Below are positions 38,647 through 51,229 of a DNA stretch of 64,000 nucleotides, in pieces (the first letter of the stretch is position 1; each line of letters begins with the position of its first letter). Origin of the DNA: Dendrobates tinctorius (taxonomy: Eukaryota); assembly GCF_039654945.1 (NCBI RefSeq), contig NW_027361679.1, positions 57,412,001-57,476,000 of the forward strand. The letters are read 5' to 3'. Position numbers and translations under genes: made by a program. The notes beneath the pieces are model-generated. The model made no database searches, was not told the origin of the DNA, and was given only the letters and a program-made list of their open reading frames with translations.

Positions 38647-38684
38647 CCCCAACGCACGTTTTGCTTCCTTGCTTCTTCGAAGGG
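38647..38684 (-). ncRNA. Decayed minimal hammerhead-ribozyme-like motif at the Penelope 3' end
   Basis: ccct-tcGAAGA-agc-aaggaa-gc-aAAAC-gtgcg-tt-gggg; several core substitutions. Confidence 0.4.
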
Positions 38685-41070
38685 CGTAGTTTAATTAAAT
38701 AGACTACATTTTTAGAGTTGCAATTGATGTACTGAGATATTTTATATTGTTTCGAATTATTGCAATTTTGAAAACTATGAGTAACCGCAGAATATGCACT
38801 GCACAAGTTCTACAGCGCAGAGCACCACATTTATAGAAACCATTGTAATTCAACCAAGTTTTTTGTGTCTTGCTTGAATTAAATAGACTGGGAGAAATCA
38901 AATTGCCAGTAGTAATTGCTTTTTTTGCAACAATGTGACAACCAGATGAAAGAATAGAAGATAAAATGTCATCTTCCAAAAATATATGTAGGAAGATGTT
39001 TCTGAATAATAGACTTAATGGATTGAAAATGAGGACTATATTGTATGGATAAAACCATTTTCTGTTCAGACTTATTGTTAAAGCGATTATTTTTGTATGC
39101 AAAAAATTGCATCTTTTTTTTGCTGAACAATATTGATGGCTCTTTTCAGAGACCAATCCGGATAGCCTCTCTTTTTCAATTTATTGCAACATGTTTCCAA
39201 CTCATTTTTTAGTTGTAACGGATTAGTGCAATTTCTGGAAATTCTGGTTAGTTTTCCAATAGGAACAGATTTAATTGTGTGATGTGGGTGACTGCTACTT
39301 GCATGCAGAATGCTGTTACCAGACATAGGTTTTGAGTAAGTAGAAGTTGCAATACATGAACCAACATTGCCTCGCAACACCAAATCCAAAAAGGAAATTG
39401 AAAAAAGATCAAACCTATACGTAAACAAACCATAAGTTAAATTGATTGGAATTCAAATAATCCACAAATTCTGCTATGGCAGATATATCACCCGTCCAAA
39501 TGAGGAATGTGTCATCAATAAAACTGCCATACCAGAATATAGAAGCCAAAATTGGATTAGCTGAAGAATAGAGAAATTTCTCCTCCCAATAAGACATCAC
39601 TAGGTTAGCAACAGAAGGAGAATGCTTACCACCCATCGATACTCCCCTGCATTGGAGATAGAAATTCTGGTCAAAAGAGAAATAATTGTGATTCAATAGA
39701 AAGTGTAACACTTGTAAAGCAAATTGGGAAAGATGAACAGTGTAATTACTATATTTTTGAAGATGATACTTCACAGCTGTGATAGATAAATCCTGAGGTA
39801 TGGAAGTGTAAAGTGCTATTACATCACAACTTATCCAACAAACATAATTGCGCCACTTTCTGTCAGAAAATTGGTCAAGGACATCTTTGGTATCTCTCAA
39901 AAAACCTGGTGAATGCATAATGGCTGCAGAATAGAATCTAGCCATTGACTGAGATGTTCAGTAACAGATCCTATTCCAGATATGATAGGGCGCATTGATG
40001 GTGGTAAAATTCCCTTATGGACCTTCGGTAAAGCATGTATAATAGGTAATATGGGATGATCAACTTTAAGATAATCAGATTGAGATTTAGTGATCACACC
40101 TAAAGAAAAACCCTCATCAATCAATTTAAACATTTTTTCTGAAATTGAGCGGTAGGGTTACTTTTTAATCTAATATAACTGTATTATCTTCTAACAAAAG
40201 ATTAATCTGACTGCAATATACTGAAGAATCCATCATCACCACCAAACCTCCCTTGTCTGCCATTTTTACAGTCAAATTGGACATGTTTTTAATTTAATTT
40301 AATGCTTTAAACTGAGAGGGACTTAAATTGATATTTTTGCTATTTTCGGTATGTCTTTCCAAATTCTTCTTTAAACTGTAAAGCGCTGCGGAATATGTTG
40401 GCGCTATGTAAATAAAGACTATTATTATTCTTCAACTCTCTCTCAATAACCATCTGGAAACGGTCCATACAATCAACTCTAGAGTTAACTGGGTAAAATC
40501 AGGATTTTTTGTACACAGCCTAGTTGATTGTTGAACATTCTTAACAAAAAATGTATCGTCACTGCTCAATTCCTGCAGGTTTTTTAAGGCTACCTGTTCA
40601 CTAAACGTCAATTTTCGGTATTCATTATCCATCATATCAGGCATTTCCACACTTAAATCCTCTGATGATGAAAAAAATGTCTTATGACTGTAAGATTCCG
40701 TATAAATTTATTAATGTCTAGAATAGTATGAAACAAATTGAAACGTCTGTCCGATGCAAAATTGAGTCCTAAAGAGAGAACATGTAATTGATCTTCCGCT
40801 AGTGTGCAACTAGAGAGGTTTAAAACATTAGAAAAATGATCCACTTCTATGTCTTCTTGCCATGACAGGTTATCATTCCTGCGGTTGTTGCGTATTTGTG
40901 GCCCGCATGCCGCTTTGGATGTTTTTTTGAAAGAAATGCTGCTTTTTAGGTCATCGGTAATATGAGCTATCATCTGTAGAATTGTCATTGAGAAGATCAT
41001 GTGAACTGCTGTCAAGGGACTCAGGTTCAGAAGAACTAAAAGACACCCTTAATCCAGAGGAAACCACAGT
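38685..41070 (-). mobile_element. Penelope-like retroelement (RT and truncated GIY-YIG), decayed
   Basis: LPKVHK...RPIISGIGS; SCDVIALYTSIP; YLQCRGVSMG; FIDD; FLDL; SSHP; RGYP; CGALRCRTC...INCNSKNVVYLI. Confidence 0.9.
40370..40426 (+). mobile_element. Extremely 5'-truncated L2/SINE tail inserted in the Penelope-like element
   Basis: CTGTAAAGCGCTGCGGAATATGTTGGCGCTATGTAAATAAAGACTATTA; TSD ATTCTTC. Confidence 0.8.
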
Positions 41071-43429
41071 CAAGAAGTTTATTAACCCTTCAGGTGCTAA
41101 ACAGGAATTTTTGGAATGTTTAAAAAAAATGAACATTTAACTTTTTTCACAAAAAATGTACTTCAGATATTTTATTAAGGGTAACAGGAGAAATTGGATG
41201 CAAAAAGTTGCACAATTTGTCCTGAGTACGCTGATACCACATAAATGCTGGTAAACCACTGTTTGGGTGCATGGCAGAGCTTGGAAGGGATGGAGCGCAG
41301 TTTGACTTTTCAATACAAAATTGGCTGGAATTGAGATTGGGCGCCATGTTGCGTTTGGAGAGCACCTGATGTGCCTAAACAGTGGAAACCTCCCACAAGT
41401 GACACTATTTTGGAAACTAGACCCCCTAAGGAACTTATCTAGATGTGTGGTGAGCACTTTGAACCCCCAAGTGCTTCACAAAAGTTTATAATGTACAGCC
41501 GTAAAAATAAAAAATCATATTTTTTTACAAAAATGATATTTCGCCCCCAATATTTTATTTTCCCAAGGGTAACAGGAGAAATTGGACCCCAAAAGTTGTT
41601 GTCCAATTTGTCCTGAGTACGCCAATACCCTATATGGGGGGTAAATTACTGTTTGGGCGCTCAGCAGAGCTCGGAAGGGAAGGAGCACCGTTTGACTTTT
41701 TCAATGCAGAATTGGCTGGAATTGAGATCGGATGCCATGTCACATTTGGAGAGCCCCTGATATGTCTGAACAGTGGAAACCCCTCAATTCTAACTCCACT
41801 CCTAACCCTAACACACCCCTAACCCTAATCCCAGCCCTAGCCATAACCTTAACCACAAACCTAACCCTAACACACCCCTAACCCTAATCCCATCCTTAAC
41901 CCTAATCCCATCCCTAACCCTAATTCCAACTCTAACCCTAATCCTAACCCTATCCCTAACGAAACCCTAACCCTAAAATTAACCCTAACTTTAGCCCCAA
42001 CCCTAACTTTAGCCCCAACTCGAACCCTTATCCTACCCCTAACCCTAATCTTACCCCTAACCCTAATGGGAAAATGGAAGTAAATACTTTTTTTTATTTT
42101 ATTATTTTTCCCTAACTAAGAGGGTGATGAAGGGGGTTTGATTTACTTTTTATAGCAAGTTTTTATAGTGGGTTTATATGTTTGGCAGCTGTCACACAGT
42201 AAAAGATGCTTTTTATTGCAAAAAATAGTTTTTGCATCACCACATTTTGAGAGCTATAATTTTTCCATATTCCATACCATTTTCATGCACGACTTATTTG
42301 GTCGCTTTTTATTACGATTTTTGGGAGGTAGAATGAGCAAAAAACAGCAATTCATGAATTTCTTTTGGGGGGGCATTTATACCATTCCACGTCTGGTAAA
42401 ATTGATAAAGCAGTTTTATTCTTCGGGTCAGTACAATTACAGCGATAGCTCATTTATATCTTTTTTTATGTTTTGGCCCTTTTATACAATAAAAACTATT
42501 TTATATAAAAAATAATTATTTTTGCATTGCTTTATTCTGAGAGCTATAACTTTTTTATTTTTTTGCTGATGATGCTGTATGGTGGTTCGTTTTTGTGGGA
42601 AAAGATGACGTTTTCAGCGGTAAAAAGTTTATTTATATATATCTTTTTCATTACGTGTTATTCCACTTTTTCTTCGGCGGTATGATGATGATTTTTTTAC
42701 CTTGTTTTTTTTTCTGGGGTTCACTAAAGGGGTTAACTAGTGGGATAGCTTTATAAGTCAGGTTGTTACGGACCCGGCAGTACTAAATATATGTATTTTT
42801 ATTGGTTTTTTTTTTATTTATATAAAGAAATGTATTTATTGGGAAAATATTTCTTTTTCTTTAGTTAGGAATTTTTTATAAAAATATTTTTTCATGTGTT
42901 ATTTTTTTTTTATTACATTGTCCCAGGATGGGACATCATTATTTCATGTCAGATCGCTGATCTGACACTTTGCACAGAACTGTGTCAGATTAGCGATCTG
43001 ATAGGCAGTGAAAGAGGCTTGCCGATGCCTGCTCTCAGCAGGCACTGACAAGCCACCTCATTGCAGGACCTGGAAGGACCCTGTGGCCATCTTGGAGCTG
43101 GGGTCTCCATGGAGACACTCAGAACAACGCGATCACATTGCATTGTTCTGAGGGAAGCACGCAGGGAGCCCCCTCCCTGCACAATGCTTCTGTATGCCAC
43201 CGGAACACTGCGATCATGTTTGATCGCAATGTGCCGGGGGTTAAAGTGTGGGGAGTGGTCCGTGACGGCTCCTGGCACTTAGTGCCAGGTGTCAGCTGTG
43301 AGAATCAGCTGACACCCGGCCGCGATCCCCCCATGAGCGCAGCTGATCACGTATGAAGTACTATTTCATCTATGGGCATTAAATCCCAGGGCACTTGGAC
43401 GGAATAGTACGTCCAAGGCCAGAAGGGGG
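41071..43429. mobile_element. Second piggyBac-like non-autonomous element (left end missing) with (CCCTAA)n array at 41790-42066
   Basis: Ends GGCCAGAAGGGGG+TTAA; homology to 34450-36240. Confidence 0.65.
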
Positions 43430-43549
43430 TTAATGAATTTCTGACTACAGGTCCCTATCAGATCGCTATAAAAACAAGAATCTGTCAATGAGTGTATGGA
43501 AAAAAGTTATCAAGTTATGGTCTGTGGAAGAGATGTATTAGGGACATGG

Positions 43550-45865
43550 TGCATGCTTAAAACATATAACACTGCCCTTCACCTCTCAAAACAAACCTAT
43601 TTCATCACCCTCATCACCTCACTATCCAATAATCCAAAATGTCTCTTTGACACTTTTCATTCTCTACTTCAGGGTTTCCCAACTCCAGTCCTCAAGGCAC
43701 ACCAACAGATCATGTTTTCAGGATTTCCTTTGTATTGCACAGGTGAAGCAATTATCACCTGAGCAATACTAAGGAAATCCTGAAAACATGATCTGTTGGT
43801 GTGCCTTGAGGACTGGAGTTGGGAAACCCTGCTCTACTTAACCCAAGAATGCAGGCCCCAACCACGGATCTCCATGCTGATGATCTGGCTAATTATTTCA
43901 AAGAAAAAATTGACCATATCCGACAGGAAATTATCTCCCAATCCCCTCATACCATGCACTATCCTCCCTCCCCCACTGCATCTAGCTCACTCTCTGATTT
44001 TGAACCAGTCACAGAAGAAGTAATTAGGCTCCTTGCATCTTCTCGCCCTACCACTTGCACCAGTGACCCCATTCCATCACATCTCCTCCAGTCCCTTTCC
44101 CCTGCTGTCACCACTCACCTAACTAAAATATTTAACCTCTCTCTCTTCCTGTATCTTTCCTTCCTCATTTAAGCATGCCATCATACATCCACTACTTAAA
44201 AAACCATCCCTCGACCAAAACTGTGCCACTAACTATAGACCTGTCTCTAATTTTCCCTTCATGTCTAAACTCCTGGAACGCCTGGTCCACACCCGCTCAG
44301 ATAACTCTCTCCTCGACCTTCTACAATCTGGTTACTGCTCTCTACACTCTACTGAAATTGCCCTCACTAAAGTCTCAAATGATCTTCTAACAGCTAAATC
44401 TAATGGTCACTACGACATGCTAATTCTATTGGATCTCTCTGCAGCATTCAACACTGTGGATCATCAGCTCCTCCGTACTATGCTCCGTTCCATTGGCCTC
44501 AAGGACACCGTTCTCTCTTGGTTCTCCTCCTATCTCTCTGACCGCTCCTTTACTGTATCTTTTGCTGGCTCCTCCTCCTTTCATCAACCTCTTACTGTTG
44601 GGGTTCCTCAAGGATCAGTTCTAGGCCCCCTCCTCTTCTCTTTGTATACTGCCCCTATTGGTCAAGCAATCAGTAGATTTGGGTTCCAGTACCATCTCTA
44701 TGCTGATGACACTCAATTATACACTTCTCCAGATATCAAGCCTGCCTTTTTGGAAAACACCGGTGATTATCTTACCGCTGTCTCTAATATCATGTCCTCC
44801 CGCTATCTGAAACTGAACCTGGCAAAAACTGAACTCCTCGTGTTTCCTCCCTCTACCAACCTACCTATGCCCAACATTGCCATTCCCGTGTGTGGTTCCA
44901 CCATTACTCCCCAGCAACATGCCCGCTGTCTTCGGGTCATACTTGATTCCAAACTTTCATTCACCCCCACATCTGATTACTGGCTCGATCTTGTTATCTG
45001 CACCTCAAAAACATTTCTAGAATTTGACCCTTTCTTACTTTTCACTCTGCAAAAACTCTCCCTTTTATCAAACTCTCCCCTCTCCAATCTGTCCTGAATG
45101 CTGCAGCCAGGATCATATTCCTCACCAATTGCTATACTGATGTCTCTACCTTGTGCCAGCCTTACACTGGCTACCTATCCACTCCAGAATTCAGTATAAA
45201 CTTATTACCCTCACCCACAAAGCACTCCATGGCTCATCACCATCCTACATCTCCTCCCTAGTCTCAGCCTACCACCCTACCCATGCCCGCTGTTCTGCTA
45301 ATATCCTGAGGTTAACATCCTCATTAATCAGAACCTCCCACTCCCATCTCCAAGACTTTTCACATGCCTCGATGATTCTTTGAATCCCCAAACCCCACAG
45401 TTTTAAGCGTGCCTTAAAAATGGAATTGTTCAGAATGGCCTATCGCCTCAACGCACTAACCTAAATATTCCTGTGTGGCTCATTTAAAATTTTTTTACCA
45501 TATCCAGATTCCTTGCATCATGTTCTCACATGCTTTTTGCATTTAATATCCCTCTGTGTCTGTACTGTTACATATTCAGAATGTTAACTGGTTCATGCAA
45601 CAGCAGGAACACCCGATTCTAACACTAGGGATGGTCCAAACAATAAAAACAATAAAAGCAATTGTTACCATTCACCTTTCATGTCTCCCCTTTTCCCTTA
45701 TATATTGTCAACTTGTGAGCAGGGCCCTCATTCCTATTGGTATCTGTTTTGATCTATGTGTTTATTGCTATGCTGTAATGTCTATTGTCTGTAAAAGTCC
45801 CCTCTATAATGTAAAGTGCTGCAGAATATGTTGGCGCTATAGAAATAAAAGTATTATTATTATTT
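43550..45865 (+). mobile_element. 5'-truncated L2-clade LINE, decayed ORF2 RT
   Basis: [45 protein letters not shown]; 3' tail at 45810-45865. Confidence 0.9.
43670..43831. mobile_element. 162-bp near-perfect palindromic hAT (CAGGG) MITE inside L2
   Basis: ~76-bp inverted arms; perfect TSD CTCTACTT. Confidence 0.92.
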
Positions 45866-46339
45866 ATTACCAGCCTGTATTAGGGACACGCTGCACCAGG
45901 CTGTATTAAAGGCATGCTACACCAGCCTGTATTGTGGTCACACTGCATCAGACTGTAATACGGGTACACAACAGCAGCAGCACCATGGCCACGTACACGT
46001 CTCCTATTTGATGCTCTCCTCAATTTTTTGAAGTGGTTTTTTAGCTCCCACAAACATGGGTGTAGTCTCTAAAAAAATAATTTGCCAAAAAATGGTTTAC
46101 GCACAGCACTTATCCAGACTGGTGCGGTTTAGAAAAATGTGTTTTTACGTACAGAACTCACAGAGACACGGTTGCAGATTACAAAAAAAAACAAATTACA
46201 CACAGACACTGGTGCAGAGTAGAACATTTTTTTACGCACAGAACTAACTTTGATGTGGGTAAAGAGATGAAAAATTTGTTTTTGTGCACATTATTCTCAC
46301 AGACACGGATGCAGATTCAAAACTGGTAAATAAACTTTA

Positions 46340-47351
46340 TGAATGTGGTTCTGAGTACCTTGTGGAATGCAGTTATTAGAATGGTGTCACTTTTAGGTAT
46401 TTTCTGTCATGTAGGCCCTTCAAAGTCACTTCAAATGTGAGGTGGCCCCTAAAACAATGGTTTTGCAAATTTTGTTGTAAAAATTAGAAATCACTGGTCA
46501 ACTATTAACTAGAGTTGAGCGAAACAGGTCGGTCAGATTCAAAAGTCACCGACTTACGCTAAAGTCGGGTTTCATGAAACGAAACCTGACCACAGTGTGA
46601 AGTTGGTCATGCGGTCGGCGACCCAAGCGTCAAAGTCAGGTTTCGCCGAATGCTTGCACATGACTTTTTTCAGCCAATGAGAGAAGCGGAGCGTAGCGTA
46701 GCGGGAGCGTAGCTGGAGTGGGAGAGAGAGGGAGAAAGAGAAGAGAGAGAGAAGAGAGCGAGAGAGATTTAGCCGCCTCTGGGGTTAAAATTCATGCCAG
46801 GTGTGTTTACAGGCCTCCACTCACTGCCGACTTTTCTCCCCATTGACTTGCATTGGGTTTCGTGTTTCATGACTTTTCCCTATAGTCGGCCGATTTCGTT
46901 CGACTCGACTTTTGAGAAAGTCGGGTTTCGTGAAACCCGACTCGACCCTAAAAAAGGCAAAGTCGCTCATCTCTACTTTTAACCCTTATAACTTCCTAAC
47001 AAAAAAATTGTTTCATAAATTGTGCTGGAGTAAAGTAGACATGTAGGAAATGTGATTTATTTACTACTTTGTGGGATATGACTCTGATTTAAGGGCATAA
47101 AAAATAAAAGTTTAAAAATTGTGAAATTTTCAAAATTTTTGCGAAATTTCCATTTTTTTCCACAAATAAACACAAGTCATATGAACTAATTTTTACCACT
47201 ATCATGAAGTACAATATGTCACAAGAAAAAATTCTCAGAATCAGTTGGATCCACAGAAATGTTACAGAATTATGTCCTCAAAGTGACAGTGGTCAGAATT
47301 GTAATAATTGGCCTTATCAGGAAGGTGAAAACAGGCTTCGAGGTGAATGGG
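46340..47351. mobile_element. Opposite end of the piggyBac-like family in inverted orientation
   Basis: Reverse-complement homology to 34050-34440; ends AATGGG+TTAA. Confidence 0.6.
46510..46975 (+). mobile_element. hAT MITE (same family as 21095 and 25109)
   Basis: TAGAGTTGAGCG/CGCTCATCTCTA termini; TSD CTATTAAC/CTTTTAAC. Confidence 0.88.
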
Positions 47352-47420
47352 TTAATACCGAGATACATGTGTGTGTCTTAGTGGATCTTATACTGTATAG
47401 TTTTAGCAGACGTAAGCTAA

Positions 47421-48063
47421 GGGTCCCATCACACCAAATGATGCACCAGTGATCCCGACAACGATACGACCTGGTCAGGATCGCTGGTGCATCGCTACAT
47501 GATCGCTGGTGAGCTGTCAAACAGGCAGATCTCACCAGCGATCAGGACCAGCGAGGACACTGGTATCCAAGGTAAATATCGGGTTACTAAGCGCGCTCGT
47601 CGCTTAGTTACCCACTGTGTACCTTGGATACCAGTGTGCTCACGCTGGAAGCTGGTATCCAAGGTAAATATTGGGTAACTAAGCGCACGCGGCACTTAGT
47701 TACCCGCTGTTTACCTTGGATACCAGCTCCCAGCGCAAGCACTCTGGTATCCAATGTACACAGCGGGTAACTAAGCACCGCGCGTGCTTAGTTACCCGAT
47801 ATTTACCTTGGATACCAGCTCCCAGCATCTGCTTACAGCGCTGGTTGTTCGCTGATCGTTGCTCTCCCGCTGCCACACTCAGCGATGCGTGCTGGCCAGT
47901 GGGAGACCAACGACCAAAAAATGGCCCAGGACGATCCTGCATGATCAGTGATACCCAGCTGGTCGCTGATGCATGCCACACACAGCGAGATCGCTGGCGA
48001 GATCGCTGATGCATCACAAAATCAGTGATCTCGCTAGCGATCTTGCTATGTGTGACGGGGCCT
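47421..48063. mobile_element. PIF/Harbinger-type MITE with tandem palindromic internal units
   Basis: TAA TSD; TIR GGGTCCCATCACAC/GTGTGACGGGGCCT; three TGGTATCCAAGGTAAA...TTACCTTGGATACCA-type hairpin units. Confidence 0.78.
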
Positions 48064-49429
48064 TAAGTCACACAGATCAGGGCACTGACATTAGAGATCA
48101 GGCAGGATCAGTACGCAGTACTGTGGTTTATCCAAGGCTTAGTTAAGTAAACAGCATAATTAAAGTTCATTATTAAGTAACAATTAAACATGACACAAAA
48201 TGGGAAGAAAAAACTGTTGACAGGCCAATAGGAAGCTCCCTTAAATAGAGCCTCTTGGCTTTGTCTAAACTGAAGGCAAAAGGAATTTAATGAGCTGGAG
48301 TCCAAAGATATTTCATGAAAAATATTAATTTAATATTCATTTTAGTATTCATTTCATTTGGATGAGGTGAGTTTTTTTTTATTGTAAATGACTTGTTAGT
48401 TTGGGATATTAACTATCTAGACTTGGCTTGTAATGACATAAAACAAAATCGAAAATCTTACTGCCATGATTAAGACAGAGGCTTTTCCCAGAGGCTGCTG
48501 CCTGGTTCAGTAGCACATATCCATATGTAGTTCTGAGAAATCATGTTGCTTTGCTTTCCTATTAACTCTTATTGACAAGACTAAGATGTGTAAAACTCGC
48601 TTCTCCCCTTAATAGTAAAAGCGATGCCAGAAGAGCATACTGTGCTGTGGAGATTCTGTAAAGAATGAGAAAGTCTGAGTCAGTAGGGAGTCCATGTATT
48701 TTGACATCACTTCCAGGATTTTGCTTTATAAATTAAATAATCTCAACAGGCCATTTACACTATTAGGATAGTCTGTAGAAAAACATTAAACATATTATTT
48801 GGAGCGTCACCCTTTATTCACTGATAACCATTTCTAATTGTGAAGAAATAAAAGCGGAGCAACTTAAATATATAGCTTTCTCAATGTCCTGTCTTGAAGA
48901 TGCTGTTTAAGATTGATTTAGTGTCAATTCAATACTTGAAAAATCTCTTCTTGCAAAAAGAAAATGTTTTAACTTGAAGGAAGCTACCCTTGATCTTTTT
49001 CCTGAGACACTATTGTATCTGGGGCACAGTGAGAAGCCTATTAGTTCTTATGCCTACACATAAAAAAGTGAAGAGAAAAGAAGTATTTATTAAATTTGTG
49101 AAAGGATTTAGAAGTCTGCACTGCAGGTGTAGGGTGTATGATTACCCTTACAGGCAGCTTGCCTTGGATAATGAGATCCATAAAGGAGGTTAGATCTTTT
49201 GTTGCACCATTTAAACCCAACAGAGATTTTATTAAATTTAGAGTTCAATTAATCAAATGTTGATATTTTATGTTTTATACAATTTCACTGTAGAAATGCA
49301 CAAAAAGACATAAAAATAGAGCCAAACTGTAAATAAACAATTTTTTTTCTGTTTTTTTTTATTTCCTAAAAATGCTCTTTTTTCTCTTGCAAAAAATATT
49401 TGCATACCTGCACACATAATATGTTGAGT

Positions 49430-50470
49430 AAGGTTTTCCATATTACTGCCATGCTAACCATCCCTTCCTAGGTTGTACTAGTGCTCCAGCTGCGTTGATG
49501 ACTTCATCCTCCTCTGTGTTGTCCTTTCACAGAATCCTCACTGTCAGGTCAGGATGCCGTCAGTAGTGCATCTACCAGTGTGCACTTGTATTTCCGCATT
49601 TTCCGATCTCACTCTATTGATGAAGTAACGATGGCATGTTGTGCTTGCAGCCAGAAGGGTGGCCACCCAGTAATCAGCACTTGTAACAATCCAGGCCACT
49701 CAGCGGTTGTTGCACAGGTGCAGCATCATGTATTGCGTTAAGTGTGCCAGGCTGACCAGAGGCAACAACAAGCTATTCTCAATGGGATATGAATCTTCTG
49801 GTTCATCTGTATCATCTGTATCTTCTGTAACCCTCCAGCCTTGCTCCAGTGATGCCTGTGAGCTGCTTCTAGTGCCACCCTACTATGAACACAGCTTTCC
49901 TCATCCTCCTCCTTAAAAACTGTCCCCTGGCTGGCCATTTGTGTATCTTGCCACTGTTGGGACATGAACACATCCTCCAAGTCATATGTGGATGCGTGGC
50001 CTGATACTGGTGTGAATATTTCCTATTTCCCCTACTCTTACTTGCCCCCACCTCATCCATCATCGCCTGGAAGCTTGTTTTTTTCTAATAAGCATACAAG
50101 TGGGATAGTAATGCTGGTGATAGTATCATCAGCACTGGCTAAGTTCCTTGAAGTACTCAAAACTGCAACATGGTACACGCGTCTCGCATGAAGGCCCAAT
50201 TGTTTGTCATGAAGTGGTGTTGTTCCCCAGAGTGACTTACCCTTGTGTGCTGCAGTTCAAACTCTAGTATGCTCACAGTATCTACAGTATCTACAGCATG
50301 TGCAAGATGGAGTTCCACATTGTTGTTCCTTTTCATATAAAGAGGTGAGCAGAAAAGCAGAAGTGAAACTGCAGCACAGATAGGCAAGCAGCAGCAGGGT
50401 GAGAATGCCAACATCATGCACAGATGGCCTAAACTTTCAACAGCAGCTCTTACATTCTGTGTAATTAAGG
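49430..50470 (-). pseudogene. Highly decayed hAT transposase fragment
   Basis: ADYWVATLL (~49660) and WNSILHML (~50310) motifs matching the other hAT copies. Confidence 0.55.
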
Positions 50471-51229
50471 AAGCTCTGTACCTTCAAATTCAGGACCTGC
50501 ACCAGTCAAGAGATGTGTGTCAAACTGGCTTGAACAAAAACTGCTATGAGATTTTGCCCGTAATCGCTTAGCATCAGTCCGCACTTGAGGTTTATCGGCA
50601 CTAACCACACATCTGTCTGTTGTTTCATTCCCATCCACATCTGCGTGGAGAGGGATTTTACCCAAAAACTGATTAGTTCCAGAACAGCCTGCTGTAGTTT
50701 ACTTCTCGCTGTGCTGAAGATGGTTGTCTCTCTTGATGAAGGCTTTTACAGCTGAAACATGTGTGCAATGTTTTAATATTTTTTTCTTGCTTTATAATTA
50801 ATTTACATGTGTTCCGACAACTGCACTTTGAGTTCTTAAGTGTAGTCACAGCAAAAATAAAAAAATAATTTTTAAGAAGCTGCTGGAAATCAACACTTTT
50901 TGGCTGATAGCCTTCTGACTGGGATTCTTCCTTACAAATTGAAGCACCTTCTGGAATTTTACTGAAAGCCACGTCCATGTGAAGGAGTTTTTTGAAGAGG
51001 AAACCCTCCTCTATGGTCTATCAGAAGGGCAGCATGCTGGTAAAAGGATTCTTTACATTCGCAAGATACCTCAAGTTTTGTGTCTAACTAGCACAACCTG
51101 CTCAGGTGACCATATCCATTTTTAAATTGTTCTAATGTAACACTATGTTTTCTACACTTAAATGGTGCTACCTCTTTTTTCCCATCAATTTTCTGTTTCC
51201 AGGCTCCATTATTGCTATTCTTCCACAGG

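Noticed and set aside
50733-50762. Third hammerhead-like motif (TTGATGAAGGCT...AGCTGAAACATGT)
   Set aside because: No stem I partner or cleavage triplet and no adjacent Penelope ORF; too weak
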